64,000 nt of DNA from an uncultured Anaerolineales bacterium (GTDB taxonomy: Bacteria; Chloroflexota; Anaerolineae; Anaerolineales; UBA11858). The translations under genes were made by a program, and so were the position numbers. Positions within the stretch are counted from its first letter, which is position 1. The number at the start of each line of letters is the position of its first letter. Under the pieces are notes generated by a model. The model was not told the DNA's origin. It worked only from the letters and a program-made list of their open reading frames with translations, and did no database searches. Below, piece after piece: positions 61,191 to 64,000 of this stretch. The stretch lies in the NCBI GenBank assembly GCA_964629085.1, contig CAZVPR010000002.1, forward strand, positions 20,428-84,427. The letters run 5' to 3'.

Positions 61191-62217
61191 ATTTGGGGAA
61201 AACTCTAGGTAACAACACCTTGAAGGTAGACCCTTTCCCAGGACCAGCAGATTCAGCCCAAATTTCCCCGCCATGTAATTCCACCATCCCCTTGGAAATT
61301 GCCAACCCTAATCCCAAACCTTCATACCGCCGCGTCATGTGGTGCTCGACTTGATAGAACTGGTCAAAGATCCGGTCCAGTTTATCTGAAGGGATGCCTA
61401 TGCCATAGTCCGTAACTGCGATCAGGACATCTTTGTCATCCGGATTCACTTGAATTTTGATCTCACCACCTTTGGGTGAAAACCGGAGTGCGTTATTTAG
61501 TAGTCTCAAGAAAACATTATTTATGCGAGAATCTACTTCCACATACACATCGGATGTCGGCAAATCGAAGTCAATTATATGATTGGTGATAGATTTGGAT
61601 ACTTCATCATGCACACTTTGGATGATCTCTTGAATCAAGAGAACTTTTAAATCTAACTCCGTTGCTCCCGTATACAGCAAATTCATATGGGTCATATCTT
61701 CCAAAAGAGACCTGAGTCGTAAAGCGGCATTCAACAAAGTTTCCGTAATGTCTTTTAGCTCATCATCCACTTCCGCTTTCAGAAAAGTGGCGTATCCCAA
61801 AATCAATCCCAAAGGTGTTCTTAACTCGTGGGATGCCACAGCCAGAAAATCGGCTTTAACTTGATCTGCCTGGCGAATTTTTTGAAGAGATTTGATGTGA
61901 TGAAATGCGATTGCAGTTTGGGTGGCTACAAATGACAGCAGCTTGTCATCTGTCTCTGTGAATTCTCCCTGGTTTTTGTTGAGCACCTGCAGTGTACCAA
62001 CGATTTGATCTTCATAGCGAATAGGGACATCCAAAAAATCCGTCGCCCCACTTTCTGAAATCGAACTGTAGCTCTCCTGCTCATAAAATAACACGCGTAC
62101 GTCACAACACGCAAGCAAATCGCTGGTGTTTTCCTTGACCAATTGAATCAATGATTCGATATTCTTGGCAGAATTCAATTGCTGGCTGATTTCCAAAAGG
62201 CGCTCTATTGCGACCAT
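61189..62217 (-). CDS. Cytoplasmic GAF-domain sensor histidine kinase
   Basis: 342 aa with no TM segment. GAF-like N-terminus, H-box VASHELRTPL, N-box LLNNALRFS, and G-boxes DYGIGI and GLGLAISK. Confidence 0.85.
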   Translation of the reverse strand: MVAIERLLEISQQLNSAKNIESLIQLVKENTSDLLACCDVRVLFYEQESYSSISESGATDFLDVPIRYEDQIVGTLQVLNKNQGEFTETDDKLLSFVATQTAIAFHHIKSLQKIRQADQVKADFLAVASHELRTPLGLILGYATFLKAEVDDELKDITETLLNAALRLRSLLEDMTHMNLLYTGATELDLKVLLIQEIIQSVHDEVSKSITNHIIDFDLPTSDVYVEVDSRINNVFLRLLNNALRFSPKGGEIKIQVNPDDKDVLIAVTDYGIGIPSDKLDRIFDQFYQVEHHMTRRYEGLGLGLAISKGMVELHGGEIWAESAGPGKGSTFKVLLPRVFPK

Positions 62218-62223
62218 AAACCA

Positions 62224-62964
62224 CTACCGCTCAAATCGAGACTCATCCAGGAGGTCGTTATAATCCATTTCTTGCTTGACAATTGCAGATTCACCGTCAT
62301 CCAGCGACTGATAGCGCACTTCCGCTGCTTGCAGATTTTGCGACGATGCTTGCGGCACAATGGCCCACTTGCCACAGTGGGGACAGCGCTAGAGCTTTCC
62401 AACCACTAGATTTGGAGCTAGCATATGCCGCGCATATGGCAACCGGCAGCGCGGGCAAACGGCTCCCCCGGCCAACCCATAATTACCTATAACAAATTCC
62501 TTCTTGCGGCCAATCAATCCACCACCCAAGGTACCCAAGACCGCAATCACGCCAATCACAACAAACACTGGGACAATCAATTTCCCTACACTACTCCAGG
62601 CATCTTCAGCACTGATAAATTCACGTCGAAATTCACTGGAAGATAACGATGATTGATCAGCCCGAAAGCCAACAGCTGAAAAAGTGTGATCGCCAGGTTC
62701 GAAGTCCGCGGTATTGAATTTAAACCGGAAAGGCGGTTGTGTTGAGGTCTGCACCAGTTGCCCGTCAATATAGAATTCGACGCGTACTAAATCGTCGGGA
62801 GACCGTACAACCAGGGAAAAACTGCCCTGAATTTGCCCGGCGGCCGCATACCCGAAATCCTTGTTCAAACCAAGGATCAATGGTTCGGCATCCTCTTGAG
62901 CTGCGCTGGGCGCAAGCAAGAAGAGCAGAAATGCAACCTGGAGAATAGCAAATGTTATTTTCAT
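62224..62964 (-). pseudogene. Type-I membrane protein (Ig-like ectodomain, TM, cytoplasmic CPRC...CPHC zinc ribbon) interrupted by an in-frame TAG at 62389-62391
   Basis: The track ORF 62389..62964 ends ...GAVCPRCRLPYARHMLAPNLVVGKL-TAG. The same frame continues RCPHCGKWAIVPQASSQNLQAAEVRYQSLDDGESAIVKQEMDYNDLLDESRFER to TAG 62224-62226, 6 nt before the kinase ATG. Confidence 0.55.
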
Positions 62965-63040
62965 TGGATTACAATCAGTGAAATAGCGCAGCTACTATTC
63001 TACCCCCAAATTTCAGGTTTTATTGAGCAGTTTTATGGAA

Positions 63041-63067
63041 GGGGCTGAGGCCTTGTGTATCAGCCCC
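63041..63067 (-). terminator. Hairpin just downstream of the ABC-2 permease gene
   Basis: Perfect 8-bp stem GGGGCTGA (63041-63048) / TCAGCCCC (63060-63067), 7 nt after the permease stop. There is no clear U-tract. Confidence 0.45.
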
Positions 63068-63074
63068 TTCACAT

Positions 63075-63869
63075 CTACTTCCAGCGCGTCAGAATCGATT
63101 CGCGTTGGAATAGCTGTGTGGCAAAGGCAAACAAGCCGACGTCCAAAACCAGTAAACCGATCGCCATCCATAGGATGATCTGTTCATTGATGAATATCAA
63201 TCCTGTGGATTGACCCACGAATAAGCCGACCAACGGCAGCACAAAGACAGCTGAGATCTGTTCTGCCACCCGGGGGTCTGTCACCCGAGAAGAAATCATC
63301 ACCGCCAGGCTGACACCGGCCAGGGCTAATAAGGGCCCCACCACAAAGATGGCGCTCAGCCACAAAGGGTCAAACAATTTCCCCAACACCCCCGGGCTGA
63401 CCACCAGGAAACTGGCACCAAGCATGTAGAGAAAGAAACTCAGCCAGGTGGCAATCACTGCCGGGATCGAGGCTGCCAACGCCTTACCAATCAGCAGTTC
63501 CAGCGTGGTAATGGGCGTTGCCAGCAACGGTTCTAACGTGCGAGCTGTCTTTTCCCCAACGATGCTGTAAGACGCAAAAGTAATCGGCACGATCATGGGC
63601 ACCATCATGAACAAGAGCATGAATTGGGAGACAACGAAATACTGCATGCAGCCCTCGCCATCGAGATTGCCACACATCTCCAAGAAATTTGGCGGCAAGT
63701 CCGACATGGACATGGCATCGCTGATATCCCCAGATGACTTGGTGAAGTATAGAATTGCCAGCGGCATAATCGTAAACAACAGCGGCAGAAAGGCTACTGT
63801 GAAAATCACAAAACGGTTTCTAAATACTTCCGCCCATTCTTTTTGAACCAACACCCAAATCTTATCCAT
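63075..63869 (-). CDS. ABC-2 type transporter permease
   Basis: ATG 63869 (MDKIWVLVQKEWAEVFRNRF) is preferred. It overlaps the upstream stop as ATGGATAA. Six hydrophobic helices. Confidence 0.7.
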   Translation of the reverse strand: MDKIWVLVQKEWAEVFRNRFVIFTVAFLPLLFTIMPLAILYFTKSSGDISDAMSMSDLPPNFLEMCGNLDGEGCMQYFVVSQFMLLFMMVPMIVPITFASYSIVGEKTARTLEPLLATPITTLELLIGKALAASIPAVIATWLSFFLYMLGASFLVVSPGVLGKLFDPLWLSAIFVVGPLLALAGVSLAVMISSRVTDPRVAEQISAVFVLPLVGLFVGQSTGLIFINEQIILWMAIGLLVLDVGLFAFATQLFQRESILTRWK

Positions 63870-64000
63870 TATTCTCCGCCTCCGCGGCCTGGTCGACAAG
63901 CCGCAAATAGACATCTTCAAGACGTCTGCGCAGCTCTCCGACAAACTGAATTTCTGCCCCGGCTTCAACTAGGGCCTGCACTAATTGAGGATTACGGGCT
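63862..64000 (-). CDS. C-terminal end of an ABC transporter ATP-binding protein (5' end outside window)
   Basis: The minus-strand frame reads ARNPQLVQALVEAGAEIQFVGELRRRLEDVYLRLVDQAAEAENNG-stop. The LEDVYL tail and coupling to a permease are typical of ABC-2 ATPases. Confidence 0.55.
   Translation of the reverse strand, partial: ARNPQLVQALVEAGAEIQFVGELRRRLEDVYLRLVDQAAEAENNG

Noticed and set aside
62389-62391. Genome-wide TAG reassignment as the explanation for the in-frame TAG
   Set aside because: TAG appears to terminate ordinary genes in this window at sensible protein ends, for example the M19 dipeptidase at 969-971 and mutY at 2061-2063. Global recoding is therefore unlikely. Only a local event, mutation or error remains.
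1-64000. Search for mobile elements, prophage, defence islands (restriction-modification, toxin-antitoxin, retron, CBASS-like systems), tRNA and rRNA genes
   Set aside because: I recognised no integrase, transposase, reverse transcriptase, nuclease-ATPase pair, cas gene, tRNA-like cloverleaf ends or rRNA segments. The scan was by eye, so small elements could have been missed.

Overview
This is a gene-dense 64 kb chromosomal segment with about 55 protein-coding genes on both strands and many short structured intergenic repeats. I recognised no rRNA, tRNA, CRISPR array, transposase, integrase or phage gene. The protein style suggests a Chloroflexota/Anaerolineae-like organism: Q/N/P/G-rich linkers in exported proteins, NapH-type polyferredoxins, and a T-box on serS. 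That is inference only, since no search was possible.

Housekeeping anchors are mutY, acs, serS, dnaE, ssb, ogt, a deoxynucleoside kinase and an alanine-aminotransferase-like enzyme. Envelope and transport content:
- a GT39-GtrA-GT2 glycosylation cassette
- a Tat-DUF362 protein with a fused NapH/NapG-like polyferredoxin
- a run of beta-carbonic anhydrase, antiporter-like protein, Ca-type P-ATPase and CNNM/CorC
- a methyltransferase-CDF operon with a palindromic operator and a nearby TetR
- two ABC-2 exporters and an MFS transporter

The best candidate for an undescribed system is a putative regulon. Three + strand promoters (about 11.97, 33.29 and 36.77 kb) share a Pho-box-like tandem repeat, CTAAACA-ATTT-CTGAACA, at a fixed distance from a -10-like hexamer. 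The third promoter reads into an OmpR-family response regulator and histidine kinase at 38.4-40.6 kb. The genes behind these promoters are the GT39 operon, a DUF1566 protein, an arylsulfotransferase-like beta-propeller and an NBR1-like protein. Three of them carry the same unnamed ~40-aa four-cysteine module.

Other notable points:
- an in-frame TAG splits a CxxC...CxxC zinc ribbon just upstream of a GAF histidine kinase
- an exported protein has a cryptic papain-like Cys/His/Asn pattern
- the serS T-box leader is interrupted by repeat hairpins
- one intergenic hub is packed with repeats and contains a perfect 38-bp palindrome

All functional calls rest on motifs read by eye; no database search was run.
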